From assembly GCA_019057375.1 (NCBI GenBank), contig DXJF01000003.1, forward strand, positions 1 through 25,097: a stretch of 25,097 nt of DNA, read 5' to 3'. Position numbers and translations under genes: made by a program. How positions within the stretch are numbered: position 1 is the first letter of the stretch; each line of letters starts with the position of its first letter. Of the stretch, positions 1-8,687 are shown in pieces. The notes beneath the pieces are model-generated. The model did no database searches. It was not told the origin of the DNA and was given only the letters and a program-made list of their open reading frames with translations. Origin of the DNA: Candidatus Heimdallarchaeota archaeon. GTDB lineage: Archaea; Asgardarchaeota; Heimdallarchaeia; Heimdallarchaeales; Heimdallarchaeaceae.

Positions 1-2143
1 TCACTTTTCTAATAGTTTTCTTACTTAGATCAATAGCAGTTACAACATCTCTCAAATCATCTTTAACAAGAACAATATCACCAGTTTCGATGGCTACATC
101 TGTTCCAGATCCTATCGCAATACCTACATCAGCTTTAGCTAAAGCTGGAGCATCATTAATCCCGTCCCCAACAAATAACACTTTCTGGTTTTTGCTCTGA
201 TAATTGGAAACTACATTCACTTTCTCTTCTGGTAAAACATCTGCATGCACCTCATCTATACCGACTTCTGCTGCAATGGCTTTAGCTGCCCTAATATTAT
301 CTCCACTAACCATCACGACTTTCAAACCCATTTCTTGAAGCTGCAAGATGGCTTCTATAGAATTTGGTTTTATTGTGTCAGATATGGCAATTAAGCCAAT
401 TACATTCTTTTCACTGATTAGAACCATAACGGTTTTACCTTGATTTTCCAACTCAACCATTTTTTGTTCAATCTCATCTTCAATAGAAGTTTCTAGAATG
501 TTACATAGCTTTCTATTTCCAAAAGAATAATGCTCATTGTTTATTTCAGCTTCAATTCCCTTTCCAGGATGAGCTTTAAAGTTATCTATGTTAATAATGT
601 CTATTTTCTCTTCTTCAGCCTCGTGCAAAATGGCCTTAGCTATTGAGTGTTCGGATCCTTGTTCTAAAGATGCAGCAATTCTGAGAATATTTTTCTCACT
701 TTGATCGCTAGCTGTAGAAATTAGTTCAGTAACTTTAGGTGACCCTTCAGTGATTGTTCCAGTTTTATCAAAAAGAACAACATTAACGTTTCGAGCAATT
801 TCTAGAGCCTCACCACTTCGAATAAGAATTCCATTCTGTGCACCAATACCAGTACCTACCATAATAGCTGTTGGGGTTGCAAGCCCTAGAGCACAAGGGC
901 AAGAAATCACCAATACAGTAATAGCTAATAGAAAAGAATAGAGAAATATTGAACTTATTCCTGCAGAAACTCCACCAGTAATTGTGTTAATGTTAATAAC
1001 TCCGAATTGAAATAACAAGAACCAGATTGTAAAGGTGACTAAAGAAATAACTACTACAGAAGGAACAAACCAAGCTGAAATCCTATCAGCTAATTTTTGA
1101 ATAGGGATTTTAGATGTTTGAGCTTCATCAACCATTTTGATTATCTGATTGAGTGTTGTATCAGCACCCACTCTCTTAGCTTCCATTTTAACAAAACCAT
1201 TTTCGTTAATTGTTCCGCCTATTAGAGAATCTTCAGGTTCTTTAAACACTGAAACACTTTCTCCTGTTATCATACTTTCGTTAACATAGGATTGTCCTTC
1301 AATAATCGTTCCATCAACAGGAATACTATCTCCAGGTTTGATAACACAGATGTCTCCTAAAACAACATCGTCAATAGGTATCTCAACTTCTTCACCATTA
1401 CGAACAACTAGAGCTGTATCAGGACGTAATTCTATTAATTTCTTAATAGCTTCAGAAGTTCTACCTTTAGCTATTTCTTCTAAATATTTTCCTAGAAAAA
1501 TGAAAGTTAGAAGTATCGCAGAAGTTTCGAAGAACACTGATCCATGGTATTCTGTATTACTGATTGCATAAAATATTGAAAATAAACTATAGAAATATGC
1601 TGCGCTTGTTCCGAGCACAACAAGAACATCCATAGATGCACTTCTGTTAATTAAACTCTTCCAAGCTGCTTTGTAAAAGGGATAAGCAATAATGAATTGA
1701 ATAGGAGTTGTAAGAATGAGTTGTAGGAAATTGGATAGAAGCATATTGGGGAATATGGTAGTATTCATTAGCCAGTCAGCAAAAACTGGAAACCAAAGGT
1801 TAAAGGGTATCATATGACCCATTGCAAAGATGAAAACAGGTAAAGCTAGAATTAAACTGGCTATGAACCTCCAGCGCATATCAATTAACTGTTTATTCTT
1901 CATAAATGATAGCTGATCAACGTCAAAAGAGGCCTTATAACCAACTTTTTCTACAACTTTAATGATTTGTTTCTCAGTTACAATTGATGGATTATAGATG
2001 AGTTGAGCATTATGGCTTATAAGATTAACAGCCGCAGAATCGACGCCCTCTAATGAAGATATAGCTTTCTCTACTTTAGTTACACATGCAGCACAGTGCA
2101 TTCCTTCCAAAGCGATAGTCTTCTTTTCTACATTTTCTTCCAT
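1..2143 (-). CDS. copA: Copper-translocating P1B-type ATPase (3' end runs off the left edge, so absent from the ORF track)
   Basis: Manual translation from ATG at 2143 is open to the edge. It gives MEENVEKKTIALEGMHCAACV (HMA CxxC), TGES actuator motif, ISCPCALGLATP (CPC), DKTGT phosphorylation site, SEH, GDN, VGDGINDAPAL and ...KTIRKV at the edge. Confidence 0.95.
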   Translation of the reverse strand, partial: MEENVEKKTIALEGMHCAACVTKVEKAISSLEGVDSAAVNLISHNAQLIYNPSIVTEKQIIKVVEKVGYKASFDVDQLSFMKNKQLIDMRWRFIASLILALPVFIFAMGHMIPFNLWFPVFADWLMNTTIFPNMLLSNFLQLILTTPIQFIIAYPFYKAAWKSLINRSASMDVLVVLGTSAAYFYSLFSIFYAISNTEYHGSVFFETSAILLTFIFLGKYLEEIAKGRTSEAIKKLIELRPDTALVVRNGEEVEIPIDDVVLGDICVIKPGDSIPVDGTIIEGQSYVNESMITGESVSVFKEPEDSLIGGTINENGFVKMEAKRVGADTTLNQIIKMVDEAQTSKIPIQKLADRISAWFVPSVVVISLVTFTIWFLLFQFGVININTITGGVSAGISSIFLYSFLLAITVLVISCPCALGLATPTAIMVGTGIGAQNGILIRSGEALEIARNVNVVLFDKTGTITEGSPKVTELISTASDQSEKNILRIAASLEQGSEHSIAKAILHEAEEEKIDIINIDNFKAHPGKGIEAEINNEHYSFGNRKLCNILETSIEDEIEQKMVELENQGKTVMVLISEKNVIGLIAISDTIKPNSIEAILQLQEMGLKVVMVSGDNIRAAKAIAAEVGIDEVHADVLPEEKVNVVSNYQSKNQKVLFVGDGINDAPALAKADVGIAIGSGTDVAIETGDIVLVKDDLRDVVTAIDLSKKTIRKV

Positions 2144-2206
2144 AAGCGGTTTCTTTCCTATAAGTAATTATTGAGAAGGTATAACAAAATTAACTACTAA
2201 ATCGTG

Positions 2207-2419
2207 TTAAGCAACTGAAGCTTTGTAACCAACTTCCTCTATAGCTTTTATCATCTCTTCAGTAGTAGTTTTTCCTGATTTATACTCAACTACAGCTGTA
2301 TTTGTTTCTAGATTTACTGCTGCTGATTTTACACAAGAAACATCCTTCAGAGCTTTTGCTACTGACATTTGACAATGACCACAAGTCATTCCAGTTACAT
2401 TTAGGGTTAGTTTATCCAT
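2207..2419 (-). CDS. copZ: Copper chaperone, single HMA domain (70 aa from the ATG at 2419)
   Basis: GMTCGHC metal-binding motif and C-terminal AIEEVGY. Lies directly upstream of copA on the same strand. ATG at 2419 preferred over the track's TTG at 2440. Confidence 0.92.
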   Translation of the reverse strand: MDKLTLNVTGMTCGHCQMSVAKALKDVSCVKSAAVNLETNTAVVEYKSGKTTTEEMIKAIEEVGYKASVA

Positions 2420-2604
2420 ATTAATCAATTTATTATTCAATTTAAGTTTATAATAGCTATCGGTTTTACAAAAATTTATTTCTTTGAGAAATGCTTACTT
2501 TTGGAATATCTATTTATAATCTTTAATATTTTTGAAAAAAAACTCGTCATTAACGCAAATAGGAAAAAATTTAAGTTTCAAGAGGTGTATACTAGAGAGT
2601 AAAA

Positions 2605-2981
2605 ATGAGTAAAATACTCAAAGGATATTATTTACCACCGTCTTTTGAAGATATTGAAAACGAGCTGGAATTTGAGGATAGGGAATTACTGGATGCTACT
2701 CTTCTTGTCCCCAAATACTTTGGTCCTGAAATAGCTGAAAAAATCGTCTTAAGATTAAAAGGAAATCATGATATTTTTTGTTTTAATTCCTATGACCATT
2801 GGATTTTTCATAGGTAGTTTGATAGCAAAAACAACTGTTGAAACCTTTCCTGATCCACTTACAGTACAACTAGGCTTCATACCACCACCATTTTTATTTA
2901 TAGTTGCAGGTGTTCTAATGATTCCTTTAGTTATACTGTTAATATGGCTAAAAACTCAAAGAAGGAAGAAAGAAAACCTGA
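2605..2981 (+). pseudogene. Small two-TM membrane protein gene interrupted by two apparent +1 frameshifts (pseudogene or sequencing error)
   Basis: Removing one A from the run at 2757-2760 and one from the run at 2950-2954 joins track ORFs 2605..2817 and 2768..3085 into one 124-aa frame ending at TGA 2979-2981, clear of the convergent GH2 gene. TATA-like TTTAAG at about 2570-2575. Confidence 0.55.
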
Positions 2982-3001
2982 GGAGATTATTAATCGTTTT
3001 A

Positions 3002-4783
3002 TTACTCTTTTTGATACAATTGCTCATTACACTCTTTCACATGAGAAAAATCAAGTTTAGGAATTTTTCTATCATAGGTTATTAATCCGTTAACCTCTTG
3101 TTCAACATCAGTAAGCTGAGTATAGATAGCAGCCCCTAAACCTACATATTTTAAAACCAATGTTTCAACTAAAATCTCTGCATACTTGTCTGATAGTTCT
3201 TCACGTGTCTTCAGTGTCTTGTAAGTCCAAGTTTTTTTAGGATTCCAAATATGACCCTCTTCTTTATACCCTAATCCACCAAATTCTCCTAAAACTGCAA
3301 CTCTATAATATTCTCTTTTAGGCATTACAGGACCAATATATTTGTGGATATCAATAATATCACCAGTTTTTTTATCCACCCACCCACTAACACTATCAAT
3401 CAAACGAGAATTATCTAGAACTCGAACATAATCTGTAACTTGCTTAGTTTCGAATTGTCCCCAACCCTCGTTGAAAGGAACCCAAACTAATATTGAAGGG
3501 TGATTGTAAAGAGAATCAATCATTTCTTTGAGCTCAGCATAGTATTGTGTTCTCACTGATCGCCTATATCTTCCGTAGCGAAAACCTAGTTTTCCACCAA
3601 AAAAGAATCCTAGAAAACCTGAAAAGAAACTACCCCCATTTGGCATATCTTGCCAAACTAACATTCCCATTTTATCACAATGATAATACCATCTTGATGA
3701 CTCAGTTTTAACATGTTTTCTTATCATATTGAAACCGTATTTTTGGGCTAGTTCAATGTCAAATTTGAGAGCTTCATCTGTAGGAGCTGTGTAAAGACCA
3801 TCAGGCCAGTATCCCTGATCTAACACTCCATATTGAAACAAAATCTCGTTGTTTAAAGCTAATCTAGGAAAACCAAAATTATCATGTATGATGCTTATTT
3901 TTCTCATTCCAAAATAGCTATCAACCTTATCAATCACTTCTCCCTTTCTAAGTATTTCAATACTCAAATCATACAAAAATGGATTTTCCGGAGACCAGAG
4001 GATTTGGTTTGGTACATTTAAAATATAGGATTTCTTTTCAGTGGATAGTTCCTTGTTTATTGTGCTCCCTCGTGATTTGATACTAATTCGAATTTCATCA
4101 TCTTTCTTCAAATTCTCAAAAATGGGAGAAATCTTAATTTGTGCATTATCAATATCTGGGACTAAAAAGAGTTTTTTTATTCTAGTTTTTGGTACAGGTT
4201 CTAACCAGACTGTCCCCCAGATACCTGAAACAGCAGTATAAAAAATCAACCAAGATTTTAATCTCTGCTTTCCTCTTTCCTGTCTACCCTTGTTTGTTGG
4301 GTCCCAGACTGAAACGATTATTTCATTTGATTCTGTATATTTTACATATTTAGAAATCTCGAAACTGAATGGAACGTAGCCTCCTTTATGTTCTCCAACA
4401 AAACTTCCATTTACCCAAATTTGAGCTTTCCAGTCAACTGCACCAAAATGAAGAAGAAGATTTTGCCCTTTCCAAGCTTCTGGTATTTCGAATTTTCTTC
4501 TATACCACAGAAGTTGATTAGGTCGGAGAGGTTTTTTTACTCCAGAAATAGCAGATTCTACAGCAAAGGGAACAAGAATTTGACCATCAAAAGAAGTTAC
4601 TTCCTGTGCATTCTTGGATGTTATTGCATATTCCCACATCCCATTGAGATTTAACCATCCTACTCTTTTGAGCTGTGGTCTAGGATACTCAGGTAAAGGA
4701 GTATCGGGATCTACTTTGGCTGCCCAATCTGTAACTAAACCATCTTTAACTATAGCCCATTCTTTCTGAGAAATTTCAGTCAT
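3002..4783 (-). CDS. Glycoside hydrolase family 2 (beta-galactosidase/glucuronidase-like), cytoplasmic
   Basis: GH2 motifs WLNLNGMWEY, LHFGAVDW, HKGGYVPF, SGIWGTVWLE, NMIRKH, HPSILVWVPFNEGWG (acid/base Glu) and GEFGG (nucleophile Glu). No signal peptide. Confidence 0.92.
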   Translation of the reverse strand: MTEISQKEWAIVKDGLVTDWAAKVDPDTPLPEYPRPQLKRVGWLNLNGMWEYAITSKNAQEVTSFDGQILVPFAVESAISGVKKPLRPNQLLWYRRKFEIPEAWKGQNLLLHFGAVDWKAQIWVNGSFVGEHKGGYVPFSFEISKYVKYTESNEIIVSVWDPTNKGRQERGKQRLKSWLIFYTAVSGIWGTVWLEPVPKTRIKKLFLVPDIDNAQIKISPIFENLKKDDEIRISIKSRGSTINKELSTEKKSYILNVPNQILWSPENPFLYDLSIEILRKGEVIDKVDSYFGMRKISIIHDNFGFPRLALNNEILFQYGVLDQGYWPDGLYTAPTDEALKFDIELAQKYGFNMIRKHVKTESSRWYYHCDKMGMLVWQDMPNGGSFFSGFLGFFFGGKLGFRYGRYRRSVRTQYYAELKEMIDSLYNHPSILVWVPFNEGWGQFETKQVTDYVRVLDNSRLIDSVSGWVDKKTGDIIDIHKYIGPVMPKREYYRVAVLGEFGGLGYKEEGHIWNPKKTWTYKTLKTREELSDKYAEILVETLVLKYVGLGAAIYTQLTDVEQEVNGLITYDRKIPKLDFSHVKECNEQLYQKE

Positions 4784-4805
4784 ATTCCAGAAAAAACAGA
4801 TTTAC

Positions 4806-4825
4806 TATAAAATTGTTCTGTAGAA
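4806..4825 (-). promoter_or_regulatory. TATA box (TTTTATA) of the GH2 gene with an upstream TTCTACAGAA motif
   Basis: TTTTATA lies 23-29 nt before the ATG at 4783, consistent with a leaderless archaeal promoter. An imperfect palindrome sits at 4816-4825. Confidence 0.45.
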
Positions 4826-4851
4826 GAGATAGATAAGATATTTTAGGAAGG

Positions 4852-5631
4852 TTATTTATCTTCCTTAAGCTTTAGTTCCATATCTAAACTACCTGTAAAG
4901 ATGTTAAGAAATTGAGTTTTTCTATCTTCTTCAGGTATGCCTTCTTTATCCATTTCTTTTATAATTTCTTTAGCTAATTCCCTTACCTGTTTGTCAAATT
5001 TTAGTATCAGATCATTCATTCTCAAAATATGTCGTATTTTACTCACTTTTAGCACTGATACATAAGTACTTACATCCATTGGTGGTAAGATGATTTTTTC
5101 CTTAATTTCATCATACCCTTCTTTTTCAGCTAACTCAGCTAATGTTTCAATACTGTCCATTGTTTCGTTTACAATTAATCTCTGAAGATTAGAGACAAAA
5201 TGAAAATATGCTCTTGTTGATGGAACTTCAGCAAGTTTACCTGGATTTACAACTTCATTGATAAAATATTTTTCTAACTTCTCATCAGACATTTCATCAA
5301 ATTTATCAAGGTCAAAAACGATTCTTTCTACTCGTTCATCCATCATATTCATGTAATTCTCATAAAGAGCACTTACTCTGTTAGATAGTTTGTAAAAATT
5401 CCCCCAAGTTTTTTCTGATTTCTCACTATCAAATTCTATCTTATTACTATCTCTAAGCTTTCTAATATATCTAAGAGTTGTACTCTCTGGTCGTTGAATC
5501 AATTTAGCAACTTTCTTCAGATTTAGAGATCCATACCATCTCAATGCAGTAATAATTCCAAATTCTGTCTCATCTAGTTGTAATTCTCTCAAATCTTCCA
5601 GAAGCTTTAGAACTTTGTCTGATTCACTCAT
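4852..5631 (-). CDS. Winged helix-turn-helix transcriptional regulator (TrmB-N-like HTH plus uncharacterised helical C-terminal domain)
   Basis: N-terminal LQLDETEFGIITALRWYGSLNLKKVAKLIQRPESTTLRYIRKL fits a wHTH pattern. Divergent from the MFS gene. Start taken at MSES (5631); 5643 is possible. Confidence 0.7.
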   Translation of the reverse strand: MSESDKVLKLLEDLRELQLDETEFGIITALRWYGSLNLKKVAKLIQRPESTTLRYIRKLRDSNKIEFDSEKSEKTWGNFYKLSNRVSALYENYMNMMDERVERIVFDLDKFDEMSDEKLEKYFINEVVNPGKLAEVPSTRAYFHFVSNLQRLIVNETMDSIETLAELAEKEGYDEIKEKIILPPMDVSTYVSVLKVSKIRHILRMNDLILKFDKQVRELAKEIIKEMDKEGIPEEDRKTQFLNIFTGSLDMELKLKEDK

Positions 5632-5660
5632 TTTCTTCCTCATGAATCATAGTTTTTATC

Positions 5661-5775
5661 CTTTAAAAAGTTTTTCCATTATGGAATTAATTTCATATTG
5701 AGAGAAATGTTTATAAATGCCAATGTGGAATATATTCCAGATAGAAAGTTATTCCATTTTGAAATTACTTCAAAA
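5661..5775. promoter_or_regulatory. Divergent promoter region (wHTH / MFS) with candidate operator palindromes
   Basis: TATA-like CTTTAAAA at 5661-5668 (minus strand) and TTTATAAA at 5710-5717 (plus strand). Inverted repeats: TTCCAT-T-ATGGAA 5674-5686, TGGAATATATTCCA 5726-5739, TTTTGAA-N5-TTCAAAA 5757-5775. Confidence 0.5.
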
Positions 5776-5790
5776 ACGGAAGAGGTAAAA

Positions 5791-7185
5791 ATGAGTGAAA
5801 AAACAACAACTGTTGAAGAAACAGAGAAAAAAGAGAGTGCTTTTGTGCTCCTAAAGAAAAAAGATTTCACTGCGTTATTTATTGGCGGTTTTATTTCGAA
5901 CATGGGAACATGGTTCACCCAGATAGCAGTCATATTTTACGCTTTACAGCTAGTTTTACACTTACCTGAAGCAGAAGCAGTCCAAGCTGTTGCTCTACTA
6001 ACAACATTTGCACTTCTACCTATGTTGATTTTAGGTCCTATAGGTGGAGTTATAGCTGATAAGTTTGATAGAAAGAAAATCATGATTATGGCGGATCTAC
6101 TTGGAGTAGCAGTTGTAACTGGATTAATCTTTGCTAGTCAAATGTGGCATTTATATTTATTATTGACACTTAGTTCTTCAGTTAGGCAGTTCTTTTATCC
6201 AGCAAAAGGTGCAGCAATTCCGATGATTGTAGAACAAGATAAACTGCTTTCAGCAAATGGTTTCATACAAACAACAAGTCAATTATCTAGATTATTAGGA
6301 CCTTTAGCTGCAGGATTTGTGATTGAGGCTTGGGGATTCAAAACAGCTTTTATTATAGACGCAGTAACTTACGCAATTTCCGCTGCGCTTATACTTCTAA
6401 TCACAACAAATCTTAAAGCTCCTCAAACCGAAGAAAAAGTTAGTGTTAAAAGCGTTTTAGTGGGGATGAGAGATGGTGCTAAAATCACTTTTACAGACAA
6501 AATAATTGGTTTTGTAGTTATAAGCTTCGCAATAACAATATTTGCTGTAGGAGCAATTGATCCGGTTGCAGTACCTTATCTGAATTTCGTTTTTGGATTA
6601 GAAGAGAAGGATTTTGGATTGATGATGATGTTCTCTGCTATGAGTGGAGTAATAGCAGCAATAGCACTTTCAATTAAAGGAAAACTGAATAAAAAACTAG
6701 CATTCATGTCATATGCAATTATTGCATTAGGTATATGTGTTGCAATTATGGCGATAGCACCCCTTCTACCAGAACCAGTTGTGTGGTTATTTTTAGGAAT
6801 GTCGCTTATAGGATTTACTAATGTTGGATTTTCTATTCCTTTCTCAACTCTTTTACAAAAAATCGTTAAAAACGAACATCTAGGAAAAGTAAGTGGAGTA
6901 ATTGACACAGTTATGACTGGAGCTTCCTTAGTAGCATCAGTTCTAGCAGTCCTACTAGCTAGATATATTAGCATAAGTGCTATCCTTGGAATTGTCGCAG
7001 CAATAATACTTGCAGCAGGACTTATGTTCATAATAGTTACCAAAACTAAGAAGATGGATCAAACAGCTCTAGTTCGTGAAGAAGAAATGAAATTATTCAT
7101 TGAGAGTCAAAAAGGAGTAAAGGAAAAACAAACTTTTGCTTTTGAAACAGCTGATGTTGAAGAACATCCAGCTGTGAATCCTTAA
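5791..7185 (+). CDS. MFS transporter (DHA3/MefA-like efflux-type), paralog 1
   Basis: About 12 hydrophobic segments; motif A GGVIADKFDRKKIMIMADL; LLSANG..Q.......GP. The ATG at 5791 follows an SD-like GAGGT (5782-5786), so it is preferred over the track start at 5698. Confidence 0.9.
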   Translation: MSEKTTTVEETEKKESAFVLLKKKDFTALFIGGFISNMGTWFTQIAVIFYALQLVLHLPEAEAVQAVALLTTFALLPMLILGPIGGVIADKFDRKKIMIMADLLGVAVVTGLIFASQMWHLYLLLTLSSSVRQFFYPAKGAAIPMIVEQDKLLSANGFIQTTSQLSRLLGPLAAGFVIEAWGFKTAFIIDAVTYAISAALILLITTNLKAPQTEEKVSVKSVLVGMRDGAKITFTDKIIGFVVISFAITIFAVGAIDPVAVPYLNFVFGLEEKDFGLMMMFSAMSGVIAAIALSIKGKLNKKLAFMSYAIIALGICVAIMAIAPLLPEPVVWLFLGMSLIGFTNVGFSIPFSTLLQKIVKNEHLGKVSGVIDTVMTGASLVASVLAVLLARYISISAILGIVAAIILAAGLMFIIVTKTKKMDQTALVREEEMKLFIESQKGVKEKQTFAFETADVEEHPAVNP

Positions 7186-7275
7186 TCATAACACTCTTTC
7201 TCTTTTCTTTTTTCAGTTTCAACCTTTCAACTTAAGCTATTCACTTTTGAATTTGTAACAGCTGATGTTGAAGAA
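7132..7275 (+). repeat. 33-bp direct repeat: 7132-7164 (inside the MFS 3' end) and 7243-7275 (intergenic)
   Basis: ACTTTTGCTTTTGAAACAGCTGATGTTGAAGAA vs ACTTTTGAATTTGTAACAGCTGATGTTGAAGAA, 30/33 identical by manual alignment. Confidence 0.85.
7192..7213 (+). terminator. Pyrimidine/T-rich archaeal-type terminator after MFS paralog 1
   Basis: CT-rich run directly after the stop codon. Similar runs follow other + strand genes (about 8270-8290, 10155-10178, 13381-13400). Confidence 0.45.
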
Positions 7276-7356
7276 GTTTGTGTACTTATATCTTAACTTT
7301 AAGATTCTCCCAAAATAGTTTTATATTTCTAAAATCATCTCATAAATTGTGGTTTT

Positions 7357-8211
7357 ATGGCAAAAAAAATCAAATATGGGATAGTCACACCCAATATTGG
7401 AGAATTTTATGGGTCAATTGATAACTTAGTTAAGATATCACAAAAAATAGAAACCACTGGATGGAATGGACATTTCATATGGGATTGGATACTAGGGAAT
7501 AAAGATCCAATTCATCAAATTGTTGATCCATGGATAGCATTAACTGCGATGGCATCTAGAACTAAAAAAATAAAATTAGGAACAAATATTACTCCAATTC
7601 CTAGACGTCGACCTTGGAAATTAGCTCGAGAAACTGTATCTTTAGATCGTTTTTCAAATGGGAGATTAATATTGGGGGTAGGTTTAGGCTTTCCTCCTGA
7701 AGAGGAATTTGCAGCATTTGGTGAAGAGTCAGATATTAAAATAAGAGCTAAAAAGATGGATGAAGGACTGGAAGTTTTATTAGGACTGTGGAGTGGAAAA
7801 AAATTCAGCTATAATGGTGAATATTATAAAATTGACAATGTAACTTTTTTACCTAAAGCCTTACAAACTCCGCGAATACCTATCTGGGGAGCTGGAACGT
7901 GGCCTTTTAAGAAACCTTTCATTAGGAGTACGAAGTTAGATGGAGTTGTACCAATGGATAATGATGATTATTTTCCAACACCTAAAACACTACTAGAGAT
8001 TATCTCATTAATCAAAGAACATCGTTCTAACATGAAGGATTTTGATATTGTAGCTTGTGTTCGTACTATGGGAATAGATTCTCAAAAACGAGAAGAATTG
8101 TTATCAGAGTATATTGATGTTGGAGCTACTTGGTTGGTAGAATCAATAGATGAATCCACAGATAAAACAGAATGTTTTGATTTTATAGAACAAGGACCTC
8201 CTGAAATATGA
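7357..8211 (+). CDS. LLM-class flavin/F420-dependent oxidoreductase (luciferase-like monooxygenase family)
   Basis: DPWIALTAMASRTKKIKLGTNITPIPRRRPWKLARETVSLDRFSNGRLILGVGLG, and PRIPIWGAG. Confidence 0.9.
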   Translation: MAKKIKYGIVTPNIGEFYGSIDNLVKISQKIETTGWNGHFIWDWILGNKDPIHQIVDPWIALTAMASRTKKIKLGTNITPIPRRRPWKLARETVSLDRFSNGRLILGVGLGFPPEEEFAAFGEESDIKIRAKKMDEGLEVLLGLWSGKKFSYNGEYYKIDNVTFLPKALQTPRIPIWGAGTWPFKKPFIRSTKLDGVVPMDNDDYFPTPKTLLEIISLIKEHRSNMKDFDIVACVRTMGIDSQKREELLSEYIDVGATWLVESIDESTDKTECFDFIEQGPPEI

Positions 8212-8362
8212 AAACAAATTATTATGAGTGTTCTAAAGTAGAAACTGAAGGTAAAAAGAGAAAATAACACATCTCTTTAGTTTTTTTTTATTTAATTTTA
8301 GCTCATTCTTTTACTATCCAGTTCTTTTTAACTGAGAATAGAGCAGTTTAGCATATTATATC

Positions 8363-8408
8363 TCAGCTTTAACCTTTTAGCTTAATATATTCACTTTTGC
8401 TTTGAAAC
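8363..8408 (+). repeat. Second copy of the intergenic element at 7213-7259
   Basis: TCAGCTTTAACCTTTTAGCTTAATATATTCACTTTTGC-TTTGAAAC vs TCAGTTTCAACCTTTCAACTTAAGCTATTCACTTTTGAATTTGTAAC, 38/47 identical by manual alignment. The two copies flank the LLM gene. Confidence 0.75.
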
Positions 8409-8551
8409 CATTCACTAAGAAATTAGCTGATTCAATAGAACCATTTCTTAAATAAACTTAAGTTTCAGCCTCTTAAACTTATGATTTTTAAAACTCCTTA
8501 ATAAACAAGAGTTTTATTGTAAATTATCAAACAAAAAGGAATGCATGAAAA

Positions 8552-8677
8552 ATGAAAGTATATCAAAAAGCAAAACGAACTCACAAAACATCTAAAATTG
8601 AATATTGGTCATTTGGTGGTCACTTCTTCTCAACACTCTCTAATAGACTGACCACTGATAGTTCAATCAGAAGATAA
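8552..8677 (+). other. Possible 41-codon upstream ORF ending 10 nt before MFS paralog 2
   Basis: Translates MKVYQKAKRTHKTSKIEYWSFGGHFFSTLSNRLTTDSSIRR*. No recognisable family; may be chance. Confidence 0.2.
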
Positions 8678-8687
8678 AGGTGTAGCT

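Noticed and set aside
750-1571. Plus-strand ORFs 750..941 and 1338..1571
   Set aside because: Antisense shadows of copA.
2768-3085. 105-aa ORF as an independent intact gene
   Set aside because: It overlaps the upstream ORF by 50 bp and the convergent GH2 by 84 bp; better explained as the middle piece of a frameshifted gene.
5698-5790. 31-aa N-terminal extension of MFS paralog 1
   Set aside because: It covers the TATA box and operator-like palindromes; the SD and the paralog alignment favour ATG 5791.
8208-8267. 19-codon ORF (MKTNYYECSKVETEGKKRK) overlapping the LLM stop by ATGA
   Set aside because: Too short to support; ATGA overlaps arise easily by chance.
8454-8465. 12-bp palindrome AAACTTAAGTTT (also CTCAATATTGAG at 23213-23224)
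   Set aside because: Isolated short palindromes are expected in AT-rich DNA and have no supporting context.
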